Source of the DNA: Nitrososphaerales archaeon
GTDB lineage: Archaea; Thermoproteota; Nitrososphaeria; Nitrososphaerales; Gagatemarchaeaceae
Length of the DNA: 24,938 bases
NCBI GenBank assembly: GCA_030040055.1
Contig: JASHUK010000040.1
Span: 1-24,938, forward strand
Reading direction: 5' to 3'
The notes under the pieces: model-generated
What the model saw: only the letters and a program-made list of their open reading frames with translations
Databases searched by the model: none
What the model was told of the DNA's origin: nothing
Part shown: one piece after another, positions 1-8,055 of the stretch
Position numbering within the stretch: the stretch's first letter is position 1
Layout of the letters: every line of letters begins with the position of its first letter
Program-made: the position numbers and the translations under genes

Positions 1-6
1 AAGTTG
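1..6 (+). other. Non-rRNA hexamer AAGTTG abutting 23S C2501; possible 3' end of an L2500 intron (or contig-edge artefact)
   Basis: The conserved CGATGTCGGCTC (E. coli 2501-2512) starts at nt 7. The expected preceding (C)TACCT is replaced by AAGTTG, ending in G. Confidence 0.4.
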
Positions 7-432
<426 letters not shown>

Positions 433-622
433 GATGAGGTATTCCCGGCGGAGGCGCAATGAACCCTATGCACGGCGAAGGTTCCCATGTCAAGTGGGCG
501 GCCCACGCGGCCCGTAGCAGGATTCGAATTTTCGAGGAGGAACAGTCCTGGTGAGTTGGAGAGGGCGCCGCCTGTACCTTGACTCGTACGGCGCAACCAA
601 AGGATTAGGTGATAATCGTTAT

Positions 623-700
623 ACCCAACGCGCCGATTTTACGGCGGTCTCCTCCGCCTTTCCGCGGAGACGAGTTTTTCTGATTACTCCACTGTTGGGT
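623..700. ncRNA. Candidate structured RNA: 7-bp closing stem with three internal hairpins (cloverleaf-like); strand uncertain
   Basis: Pairings: ACCCAAC(623-629)/GTTGGGT(694-700), CGCCG(631-635)/CGGCG(642-646), GTCTCC(647-652)/GGAGAC(666-671), GAGT(672-675)/ACTC(686-689). No canonical T-loop or D-loop. Confidence 0.4.
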
Positions 701-723
701 GACTTCTAGGACGCAGGATATCG

Positions 724-737
724 ATATAAAACTTCCG
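724..737 (-). promoter_or_regulatory. Archaeal BRE plus TATA box (minus strand CGGAAGT-TTTATAT); predicted TSS about 700
   Basis: Exact match to the cRnaANt BRE consensus directly upstream of TTTATAT. A C/A initiator lies at 701/700, 30 nt from the first T of the TATA box. Confidence 0.6.
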
Positions 738-787
738 CTCGGCTGCCCCTTACCCGTTCGTCCCTCTCAACAGAGAACGTGCTTTGC

Positions 788-1768
788 CTATCTGTGTCCC
801 AAGACCGGATGAGGCTTGTAGGGTTCCTGCAGCCTCTCGACGTCCTCTTTCTTGAGCTTGATTTCCGTCGCTTCCACCAGCTCCTCGAGTTGTGCGACGG
901 ACGTGGGGCCGACTATGGGGGCGGCAACCCCCTCCTTGCCCAGCAGCCACGCCAGAGCCAGCTGGGACGGACTCACCTCCTTCTCTGCCGCCATCTCGGT
1001 CAGCCTTTCTACCACGTCGAAGTCCTCGGGCCGGAAAAACCTCTCTCGGATCATCGCGTCCTTCCTGTACCTGAGCGAGTCCCCGCGCCCGTTTCTCTTG
1101 TACTTGCCGCTGAGGAAACCCCTGGCGAGCGGGCTCCAGGGAATCAAAGCTACTCCCTCTTCCCTGCAGAACGGGATCATCTCCCTCTCCTCTTCCCTGT
1201 AAGCCAAGTTGTAGTGGTTCTGCATCGTCTCGAACCTTCTTAACCCGAGCCTGTCGCTCGCGTATAGCGCTCTGCCAAACTGCCAAGTCCACATGCTGGA
1301 CGCCCCGAGGTGGTCGACCGATCCTGCCTTCACCTCGCCGGTCAAGGTCCTGAGCACGTCCTCTATCGGGGTTTCGTAGTCCCAGCGGTGAATCTGATAG
1401 ATGTCTACGTGGTCCGTCTTCAGGTGCCTGAGTGACTTCGCAAGGTTCGCCTTGATGTGCCTCCTGCTGAGGCCTCGGTCCCCGGGCCCGTCTCCCGTCG
1501 GCAAGCCCACCTTGGTGGCGATGACCAGATCGTCCCTCCTTCCTTCGAGAGCCCGTCCGACTATCTCCTCAGACTTTCCGAGAGAGTAGACATCGGCGGT
1601 GTCGAAGAAGTCGATTCCGAGGTCAACGGCCCTGTCTATCACCTTCTTGGCATCTTCGAAGCCCAGAGTCCACTCGAAGCCGTCAGAGTCAGGTCCACCG
1701 AAGCTCATGCAACCCAGCGCCAGCCGCGAGACCTTCAGGCCGGTCGTGCCCAGCGTGATGCGCTTCAT
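788..1768 (-). CDS. Aldo/keto reductase (YajO/IolS-like)
   Basis: Motifs LGTTGLKVSRLALGCMSFG, FFDTADVYSLG, IATKV, DIYQIHRWD, MQNHYNL, IPWSPLARG. Start moved to the ATG at 1768 (MKRITLG) to fit the TATA spacing. Confidence 0.95.
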   Translation of the reverse strand: MKRITLGTTGLKVSRLALGCMSFGGPDSDGFEWTLGFEDAKKVIDRAVDLGIDFFDTADVYSLGKSEEIVGRALEGRRDDLVIATKVGLPTGDGPGDRGLSRRHIKANLAKSLRHLKTDHVDIYQIHRWDYETPIEDVLRTLTGEVKAGSVDHLGASSMWTWQFGRALYASDRLGLRRFETMQNHYNLAYREEEREMIPFCREEGVALIPWSPLARGFLSGKYKRNGRGDSLRYRKDAMIRERFFRPEDFDVVERLTEMAAEKEVSPSQLALAWLLGKEGVAAPIVGPTSVAQLEELVEATEIKLKKEDVERLQEPYKPHPVLGHR

Positions 1769-1792
1769 CGCCCTTGTCCACAATCCGGCTCG

Positions 1793-1799
1793 ATTAAAA
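1793..1799. promoter_or_regulatory. Shared TATA-like element between the divergent AKR and SET genes
   Basis: ATTAAAA is the only AT-rich patch in the 57-nt gap. It is centred 28 nt from ATG 1768(-) and 30 nt from ATG 1826(+). Confidence 0.5.
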
Positions 1800-1825
1800 C
1801 CCCCCGTACTGCCCGCAGGCAGCCC

Positions 1826-2308
1826 ATGCGCGCCAGGATACTAGTAAGCGACGCCGGTGCCAAGGGAGTGGGCGCCTTCGCAGCGGCGCCCATGCGGGCG
1901 GGATCCAGAATCGCGTCCATGCGCGGGAAGGTGCAGTGGATATGGGACATACCCGAGGGTTTCTGGCCCTACGCGTTTCAGGTGGACTACGACCGGTATG
2001 TCGTCCCGAAGAGAGACAGCGCAGGCTGGGCCATGAACCACTCGTGCGAGCCGAACTGTGTCATCCTCGGGGCTTCCATAGTGGCGCGGAGGGCGATTCG
2101 GACCGGGGAGGAGCTGACCTTCGACTACTCGACGGACGTAGACTGGAGTGGCTTCAAGATGAAGTGCCTCTGCGGCGCGTCGGGATGCAGGAAGACAGTC
2201 CGCGCCTACAGGTTCCTTCCAGCCGCAGTGAGGAGCAGTTACGGCGATAACGTCGCTCCATACATCAGGAGGAGATATTCCGCCGTGGCTCGGCGACCCG
2301 CGCACTAG
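1826..2308 (+). CDS. SET-domain protein-lysine methyltransferase with post-SET Cys motif
   Basis: Motifs KGVGAFA, MNHSCEPN, GEELTFDY and post-SET CLCGASGCR. The upstream part of the 1457..2308 ORF is antisense to the AKR gene and is excluded. Confidence 0.92.
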   Translation: MRARILVSDAGAKGVGAFAAAPMRAGSRIASMRGKVQWIWDIPEGFWPYAFQVDYDRYVVPKRDSAGWAMNHSCEPNCVILGASIVARRAIRTGEELTFDYSTDVDWSGFKMKCLCGASGCRKTVRAYRFLPAAVRSSYGDNVAPYIRRRYSAVARRPAH

Positions 2309-2610
2309 GCCTTCGTCGTCTGGACAACGACCTCGTGAATGGTGAGGAAGCTCTTACCCCCGAACATCTCTCCGGACGGGGTGTTGGAGTGGGCCTGCTT
2401 GAACGCCTCACTCTTTGTCCACTGTTCGAAGCTCTCCATCGATTCCCAGTAGGTCCTGACTATGTAGTGCTCCCCCTTGATCGGCCTGAGGACCTCATTC
2501 CTCACGAATCCTGGGGAGTCCTGTACATGGCGGGTCCCGGACTTGAACCTCGCTTCGAACGCTTCGCCGAATTCCTTCTTCACGGGGATGTGGTTCTCCA
2601 CGGAAATCAT
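2305..2610 (-). CDS. ABM-family monooxygenase, IsdG/HmoA-like heme-degrading type
   Basis: PGF motif, YWES..F..W..S..F..AH, and Asn6/Trp64/His74, matching the IsdG Asn/Trp/His triad. Confidence 0.85.
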   Translation of the reverse strand: MISVENHIPVKKEFGEAFEARFKSGTRHVQDSPGFVRNEVLRPIKGEHYIVRTYWESMESFEQWTKSEAFKQAHSNTPSGEMFGGKSFLTIHEVVVQTTKA

Positions 2611-2711
2611 AGCCCCACGCGGGCCGACAGACCTAATGAATCTTTGGTCGAGGACGAAGCGATGCCGGCGGGCACCCCCATACAGGCTGGGTGAGAACTC
2701 TTTCCTCTGGC

Positions 2712-2735
2712 CGCGTGTGGCTCGCGTGTGGCTCG
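2712..2735 (+). repeat. Tandem 11-bp direct repeat CGCGTGTGGCT x2 (+CG)
   Basis: Read directly at 2712-2722 and 2723-2733, about 15 nt upstream of the TTTATAC box at 2750-2756. Confidence 0.8.
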
Positions 2736-2749
2736 ACGCCCCTGTCCCC

Positions 2750-2756
2750 TTTATAC
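2750..2756 (+). promoter_or_regulatory. TATA box of the wHTH-TM regulator gene
   Basis: TTTATAC lies 34-28 nt upstream of ATG 2784. Confidence 0.5.
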
Positions 2757-2783
2757 GAACCTACGACGGGAGCCGGCTCCAGG

Positions 2784-3266
2784 ATGACTTCCGATCCTGG
2801 CGAAGCGAGCAAGCCGCAGGCTCAGAAGGTGAGGGCGAAGCCGTCCGTCGAGGTAAGCGGCAACGCGCTCCGTGTGTACCTGTACCTTCTCAGGAACGGC
2901 CCCAGCGAGCTCAGGGACATCCAGAGGAGTCTGGGTCTTTCCACGCCGTCGCTGGCTTCGTACCACCTGAATAGATTGGCGTCGGGAGGATATGTCTTCC
3001 AGGACGAACACGGGAGGTACTGCGCCACTGTGGCGGCCGCCGGGGACATCCTGGACGGCTTCTCCAGACTAGGGGCGTTCCTCGTCCCGCAGCTCTTCTT
3101 CTTTGCGGTGCTCTTCACGCCGATCCTGCTCTACTTTTCCTACATGGCGGTCAGGTCGCCTTCCTACGTCCCTCTGCTGGTGGTCGGCTCACTGTGCTTG
3201 GTTGCCGTCATGTGGTTCGAGACTGCGCGGGTCTGGCGCAGGCTCGGCAGCTCAAGAGTTGCATGA
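2784..3266 (+). CDS. Membrane-anchored winged-HTH (ArsR-like) transcription regulator
   Basis: wHTH pattern LRVYLYLL..GP..LRDIQRSLGLSTPSLASYHLNRL..GGYV..DEHGRY, followed by two hydrophobic helices (LFFFAVLFTPILLYFSYM; LLVVGSLCLVAVMWF). Start chosen from TATA spacing. Confidence 0.85.
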   Translation: MTSDPGEASKPQAQKVRAKPSVEVSGNALRVYLYLLRNGPSELRDIQRSLGLSTPSLASYHLNRLASGGYVFQDEHGRYCATVAAAGDILDGFSRLGAFLVPQLFFFAVLFTPILLYFSYMAVRSPSYVPLLVVGSLCLVAVMWFETARVWRRLGSSRVA

Positions 3267-3277
3267 GACGCGGGACA

Positions 3278-3305
3278 TTCAGGACTCCTGAAAGCCGCTT
3301 CAGGA
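3278..3305. promoter_or_regulatory. Triple heptamer TTCAGGA / TCCTGAA / TTCAGGA; candidate operator (or hairpin terminator)
   Basis: Perfect copies at 3278-3284 (fwd), 3286-3292 (rev) and 3299-3305 (fwd), ending 8 nt before ATTAAC (3313-3318). Confidence 0.6.
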
Positions 3306-3346
3306 AGGTAGGATTAACTCCCTACGAAGAGCAGGATGGTACGGAA

Positions 3347-4648
3347 TTGTCGTTGGCAAGGAAGACGGCCACATATTCTGTGGCGGCCGCCGTCATCGCT
3401 CTGGCCGTGATCTTGGCGTCCTCCACGTTCGTCGGTCCGATGGCTTCGAATTCCTCGACCACGACTGGAAGTTCGCAGTCGTCGGCGTCGGGAAGCCAGA
3501 GCCAACTTCTGATTGAACTGACAGATCCTCCCTCAGTGCCTCACGGGACGACTTCGCTGAATCTGACTTACAGCTCGATTTCGCTTTTGGTTGGAGAGCC
3601 GGGGGCGGGCGGGCAGATCTCTGCCAGCACCATAACAGTGACTCCGTCGGGAGGTTCAGCCACGGTGAACCTCCTGAGCCTTGAGAACGTTTCGCAGACT
3701 GTGGCGTCTGCAGACCTCCCGACGGGGTCCACAATCTACTCCGTCACCTTTTCTGTGACGTCAATCGCGATAGAAGTCAACGGCACGTCATATCCCGTTG
3801 TCCTCGCGACGGCCGCTGCAAGTTTCAGTGTAGATCTCTTGGGCGCGAGCGTCGCTCAAGGGACGAACGCCCTGTTGCTCGACTTGAATCCGACAGTCAT
3901 AAGCACCTCCACAGGGTACCAACTCATCCCCTCTTCGACGGGAATAATGAGGCCCCAGTCAGAGATAGGACCATACGACTACAAGGTCGGTTCACGGGAA
4001 GGGTTGACCAACCAGGACTGGGACAGGTTCCACAGCGAACAGGGCCACATCCTGACCAGGCTCGTTTCACTCGGCGTATCTGGGAGCACAACCACGATGG
4101 TGGTCGAGGTAAACAACAGTGGCAGCGGCCCGGTGCAACTCGTTGGGATAACTGTAAGCGGGAACTTCACCGGAGCCACCACCACCTGCAGCATCACCTC
4201 GTTCACCTGGACAGCAACCGCGTCCTCCTCGTCCTCCGACACCGAGAATTTCCACGGCAGAGGTAACGGGTACACTAGCTGCAGGGGGTTCGCCGGAGAC
4301 CACTTCCCCCTGACGTTCATAGTGTCTGGGGGCAGTTCCTCGACCACGACATCGACGTCCTCTTCGACCTCGGGTTCGTGCGGCGACGGACAGATTTCCC
4401 AACTAACCCAGGTGTACTGGCGAAGCGCCAGCCAGCTGACCATCGCTCCTGGCGAGTGCATCCTTCTGACGTATACGGGGACGCTGGCCCAGTCCGAGGG
4501 GCCGTCGACGTTGACTCCTTCAACGGCGTCCGGCCAGTCCTATGTTCTCGGGGTGCTGGCTACCAACAGCCCGCTGGCGGTGGTCAACTGCACGCTCCCT
4601 CTGACGCCAACGAGCTGTAGTCCCTTCAGCGGATATCGCGGCTTCTAG
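3347..4648 (+). CDS. Secreted/membrane-anchored Ser/Thr-rich surface protein with DUF4382-like domain
   Basis: Basic then hydrophobic N-terminus (RK-TATYSVAAAVIALAVILA), Ser/Thr linker, LLIELTDPP motif, several N-x-S/T sequons and six Cys in the C-terminal third. TTG 3347 chosen from TATA spacing. Confidence 0.75.
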   Translation: MSLARKTATYSVAAAVIALAVILASSTFVGPMASNSSTTTGSSQSSASGSQSQLLIELTDPPSVPHGTTSLNLTYSSISLLVGEPGAGGQISASTITVTPSGGSATVNLLSLENVSQTVASADLPTGSTIYSVTFSVTSIAIEVNGTSYPVVLATAAASFSVDLLGASVAQGTNALLLDLNPTVISTSTGYQLIPSSTGIMRPQSEIGPYDYKVGSREGLTNQDWDRFHSEQGHILTRLVSLGVSGSTTTMVVEVNNSGSGPVQLVGITVSGNFTGATTTCSITSFTWTATASSSSSDTENFHGRGNGYTSCRGFAGDHFPLTFIVSGGSSSTTTSTSSSTSGSCGDGQISQLTQVYWRSASQLTIAPGECILLTYTGTLAQSEGPSTLTPSTASGQSYVLGVLATNSPLAVVNCTLPLTPTSCSPFSGYRGF

Positions 4649-4811
4649 CCGCCTCGGTCAGCCTTACCGCCAGAGTCGGGAGCCCGCCTTGCGACCGAGA
4701 GAAGCCCTCAAGTAGTCGCCCCTTTCCCGGAGCGCTAGTCCCTGGCTGTTAACTTGGTCATCCTAGGATACTCTTTCTGGAAGCCTGCCGAAGGGAGTTG
4801 AAGCCTGGCCT

Positions 4812-6704
4812 TTGAAGGACGAGTTCTCCTGGCTAGAGAAGGCCGACGACCCCCGAGTGGCACGCTGGGCACAAGAGCGTGACAGAGAGGCGCGCGCCTC
4901 CGTTAAGACGTACTCCGATGCCCTGTTCAAGAGGCTCGTTCCTTACTACAAGCGACCGATCATGCGTTCGGTCCAGCTCACCAAGGCTGGCGTAGTTCTG
5001 TTTCTTTCTGACCACCGGTCCTACAGAGTCGAGCTTCTACACGACGACGGCACGAGGGAGACGCTCGCCGACTCGTCGAAGCTCGGCAAGGATGTCGTGA
5101 TACAGGCGGCGCAGTCGAGGGAAGATGGTCAGGTGGTCGCCATCCACCAGTCGCGGGGAGGCAGCGACGAAGGGACCGTGTCGCTCCTCGACACGGAGTC
5201 TCACAGGGTCGAGGGGACGCTGCGCGGCTTCATAGGAAGCATCCTCTGGACGGGCGACTCCTACTATTACGTGAGGACGTATCGTAAGGAGCCGGCCCCT
5301 GACGGGGTGGCTCCCCCTACGGACAGGGTGATCCTTAGGCGCGGTGAAGAGGAAGAGGAGGTGTTCGGCGGGGGCATGCCGACGAACACGTTCGTCGGGC
5401 TAGCCGCGTCTCACGATGGGTCGAAGGCGCTAGTAGACACCTTCTTGGGGTTCACGAGCGGCAGACCGTACGCAGGCCCACTGACACGCCCCGAATCCTG
5501 GGCGCCGCTTTACCGGAAGACAGACTCGGTCGTCACAAACGTAGACTACGCCGAAGGAAGGCACTTCCTGCTGTCCTTCGAGCGGAGTTGCGGCGAGGTT
5601 CTATCCACTGGTCCGAGGGGGGTCAGGACGGTGGTCAAGGAGTCGAAGTGGCCGCTCCTGGCCACTGCCTTCGTAGGGAGAAACGGTCTGCTATGCCACT
5701 ACCTGGTCGACGCCCGCTCTGAACTGCGCCAGTTCGGTCTAGACGGCGCGCAGAAGGGGACTGTCAAGTTCGACCTGCCAGGGTCGCTTGTGGGAGAGCC
5801 TCAGATGAGCGCCCTCGGCGATGAAGCCGTGGTCGCCTTCAGTTCGTTCTGCCTTCCCTTCAGGGTTCTGAAGGTTCGAGGGGCTCGCGTGAGTACGCTG
5901 CTCTCGGAGGAAGTACCTGGGAGCTACTCCATCAGGGACGCCCACGCGAAGTCCGCGGACGGGACAGAGATCCACTACTTCACGACGAGCAGGAGGGACC
6001 GCCCGCGCAAGGACACCCTGCTTTTCGCTTACGGCGGGTTTCGCGTCTCCCTCGCGCCGTCCTTCAACCCCGCTTATCTCCCGTTCTTGGAAGACGGCGG
6101 GACCTTCGCGGTCGCGAATCTGCGTGGGGGGCTGGAGCATGGCGAAGACTGGCATAGAGCTGGCATGAGGGAGCGGAAGTTCAACGTCTTCGAGGACTAC
6201 CTCGCAGTCCTGGCTAAGCTGAAGAGGGAGGGAAGGAAGGTCGTGGGGTTCGGGAGGAGCAACGGCGGCCTTCTGATGGGCGCGACCATGAACGCCAACC
6301 CGGAGTTGTTCGCCGGGGTCCTGATCGGCTACCCGGTCCTAGACATGATGGCTTTCCATAGGTTGCTGGTGGGAAGGGCCTGGGTCCCCGAATACGGCGA
6401 TCCCGACCGTCCCCAGGACGCGAAGTTCCTCATCAAGTACTCGCCTTACCACAACGTTCTGTCGGGGAGGAGGTACCCACCAGTCTTCATCTACACTGGG
6501 CTGAAGGACGACAGGGTTCACCCGGCTCACGCCTTCAAGTTCTACTCCAGACTGAAGAAGGCGGGTGCGAGCGTAGCTCTCAGGGTCGAGGTCGAGTCAG
6601 GGCACATCGGTACTACCCCCGAGGCTAGGATGAGGGAGGAGGCGGACAAGCTTGCCTTCGTGTATGAGACGTTGGGGATGAAGCCCAGGCAGAATCTACG
6701 TTGA
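4812..6704 (+). CDS. Prolyl oligopeptidase (S9A)
   Basis: N-terminal D.F.WLE, YGGF, NLRGG.E.GE.WH, nucleophile GRSNGG, DDRVHP and GH triad residues. Confidence 0.96.
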   Translation: MKDEFSWLEKADDPRVARWAQERDREARASVKTYSDALFKRLVPYYKRPIMRSVQLTKAGVVLFLSDHRSYRVELLHDDGTRETLADSSKLGKDVVIQAAQSREDGQVVAIHQSRGGSDEGTVSLLDTESHRVEGTLRGFIGSILWTGDSYYYVRTYRKEPAPDGVAPPTDRVILRRGEEEEEVFGGGMPTNTFVGLAASHDGSKALVDTFLGFTSGRPYAGPLTRPESWAPLYRKTDSVVTNVDYAEGRHFLLSFERSCGEVLSTGPRGVRTVVKESKWPLLATAFVGRNGLLCHYLVDARSELRQFGLDGAQKGTVKFDLPGSLVGEPQMSALGDEAVVAFSSFCLPFRVLKVRGARVSTLLSEEVPGSYSIRDAHAKSADGTEIHYFTTSRRDRPRKDTLLFAYGGFRVSLAPSFNPAYLPFLEDGGTFAVANLRGGLEHGEDWHRAGMRERKFNVFEDYLAVLAKLKREGRKVVGFGRSNGGLLMGATMNANPELFAGVLIGYPVLDMMAFHRLLVGRAWVPEYGDPDRPQDAKFLIKYSPYHNVLSGRRYPPVFIYTGLKDDRVHPAHAFKFYSRLKKAGASVALRVEVESGHIGTTPEARMREEADKLAFVYETLGMKPRQNLR

Positions 6705-6766
6705 TTCTGCCTACTCTGCACGGTCGAAGCTCGGCGCGGGTCGGTACAGCATCGACTTCCTTCGCC

Positions 6767-7249
6767 TCAGGGATTAACGTCCAACGTCCTTAGCATCCGG
6801 CGGAAGTCTTCCTCTCCCACCCACTCGACCTTGAGGTACTCAGCGATCTGGCCATCCTTCATCCCGATCCTTCGAGCCTCCCTGACTGTCACCTGATACG
6901 CTTCGACTTCGGTCGGTCTGTCGACATAGGCGTAGCTTCTGTCGTACAACTCCCTTCCCTCCTGGTGCTGCCTGACGTGCACCAACTCGTGCACCAGGTC
7001 GAGATAGAACTGCCGTCTGTCGGCGGTCGCCAGGTAGGGCCTGGAGATTATTATGTCCCCGGTGTCGTTGTCGACACGGAGGTAGCCGTCCGAGTCGATT
7101 AGCCTGACCCTCGTGGTGGCCAGAATTCGACGAGACTGGCTCCCGAACAGGTCCCTGATTGGGGCCACCCTGTCGAACCCGTGGAAAATGTCGGTGAACC
7201 TGCACATGTCTTCCTTCGGGCCCCTCCTTATTCTGACGCCTAGGTCCAT
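6767..7249 (-). CDS. Small HEXXH zinc-metalloprotein (gluzincin-like), function unknown
   Basis: LVHELVH motif with a downstream EVEAY about 23 residues later; 160 aa, no signal peptide. Confidence 0.8.
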   Translation of the reverse strand: MDLGVRIRRGPKEDMCRFTDIFHGFDRVAPIRDLFGSQSRRILATTRVRLIDSDGYLRVDNDTGDIIISRPYLATADRRQFYLDLVHELVHVRQHQEGRELYDRSYAYVDRPTEVEAYQVTVREARRIGMKDGQIAEYLKVEWVGEEDFRRMLRTLDVNP

Positions 7250-7284
7250 GGCACGCCTTTTCGACCTGCCTTGTCTTCCGAGCG

Positions 7285-8055
7285 CTATGAGTCAGTACCC
7301 CCTCGCACCAGCACATCCTGAGAGTAAGCTCTGCTGAATCCTCTCTGGATATAGAAGCTCTCGACGCCATCCTGTGCAAAGACTTGGAGTATCACTCTCG
7401 CCCCCTCTTTCAGCGCGACGCTCCGGGCCTCAGCCAGAAGGGAGCTTGCCACCCCGTTTCCCCGCATCGAAGGGGTCGTTCCCAAACAGTAGACCCCTAC
7501 GTACCCGTGGCTGACGTGGAGCGCCGTGACTCCAGCGACCTCTCTGTCCCTTACCGCCAAGAGCATTCTGTTGCTCCGCCTCGCTTGAGACTTCGCGACG
7601 CACGGGAGGACCGTGCCTAGGAGGGTCTGCTCGCCATAGAACGCTTCCAGGTACGCGCGGGTCCACACCTCGACCTCGTTATTCGCGATTTCTCTGACAG
7701 ACGTTCCGGAGTGGCTCGATGGAGCGCTTCCCGTTAGGGCGAGCGTGACGAACTTGTCAGCGGGCCGAAGCCCGCGTGCCATGACCGCACTCCTCAGCGG
7801 GAGGAACGCCCGATCCTCTGTGACAAAGAAGGAGGGTCCCCCTCCCTTCCTCTCGAACTGCTCAAACACCCGACCGACAGAGGCTTCCGGGTCGTCCGGG
7901 GGGCGGAGAAACACCACCTTGTTGAACAGGGGCTCTTGGAACGCTTCCGAGAACAGGCCGTAAGCCCACTTCGCCGGCTTCAGAGGCTGAGCCCAGCATG
8001 ACCAGAACCCGAACTGGTTGAGCTCGTTGCCTGTCTCGATCGGCCTATTCGACAA
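7285..8055 (-). CDS. GNAT N-acetyltransferase with degenerate N-terminal GNAT-like domain
   Basis: Acetyl-CoA motif A VYCLGTTPSMRGNGVASSLL and FY..RGF lie in the C-terminal half. The N-terminal half ends in a similar ..RGL motif. Overlaps the upstream gene by 11 nt. Confidence 0.9.
   Translation of the reverse strand: MSNRPIETGNELNQFGFWSCWAQPLKPAKWAYGLFSEAFQEPLFNKVVFLRPPDDPEASVGRVFEQFERKGGGPSFFVTEDRAFLPLRSAVMARGLRPADKFVTLALTGSAPSSHSGTSVREIANNEVEVWTRAYLEAFYGEQTLLGTVLPCVAKSQARRSNRMLLAVRDREVAGVTALHVSHGYVGVYCLGTTPSMRGNGVASSLLAEARSVALKEGARVILQVFAQDGVESFYIQRGFSRAYSQDVLVRGGTDS

Noticed and set aside
535-560. GAGGAACAGTCC resembling the RNase P CR-I motif GAGGAAAGTCC
   Set aside because: It has an extra base, and no complementary P4 partner (CCAGGCTG-like) or convincing CR-V is found downstream.
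433-600. Possible 5S rRNA, tRNA or bulge-helix-bulge strand in the 23S trailer
   Set aside because: No 5S or tRNA signature is present. A processing-stem strand is likely, but its 5' partner lies outside the window, so it cannot be supported.
609-683. GTGATAA ... CTGA as a C/D-box sRNA
   Set aside because: The C box is imperfect, there are no clear C'/D' boxes, and the span is longer than typical archaeal guides.
1457-1825. N-terminal extension of the SET ORF
   Set aside because: It is antisense to the AKR gene, non-homologous in character, and a TATA-supported ATG exists at 1826.
4653-4699. 7-bp inverted repeat CTCGGTC/GACCGAG after the DUF4382-like gene
   Set aside because: The long interior is unstructured and there is no U-tract; this is plausible by chance in GC-rich DNA.
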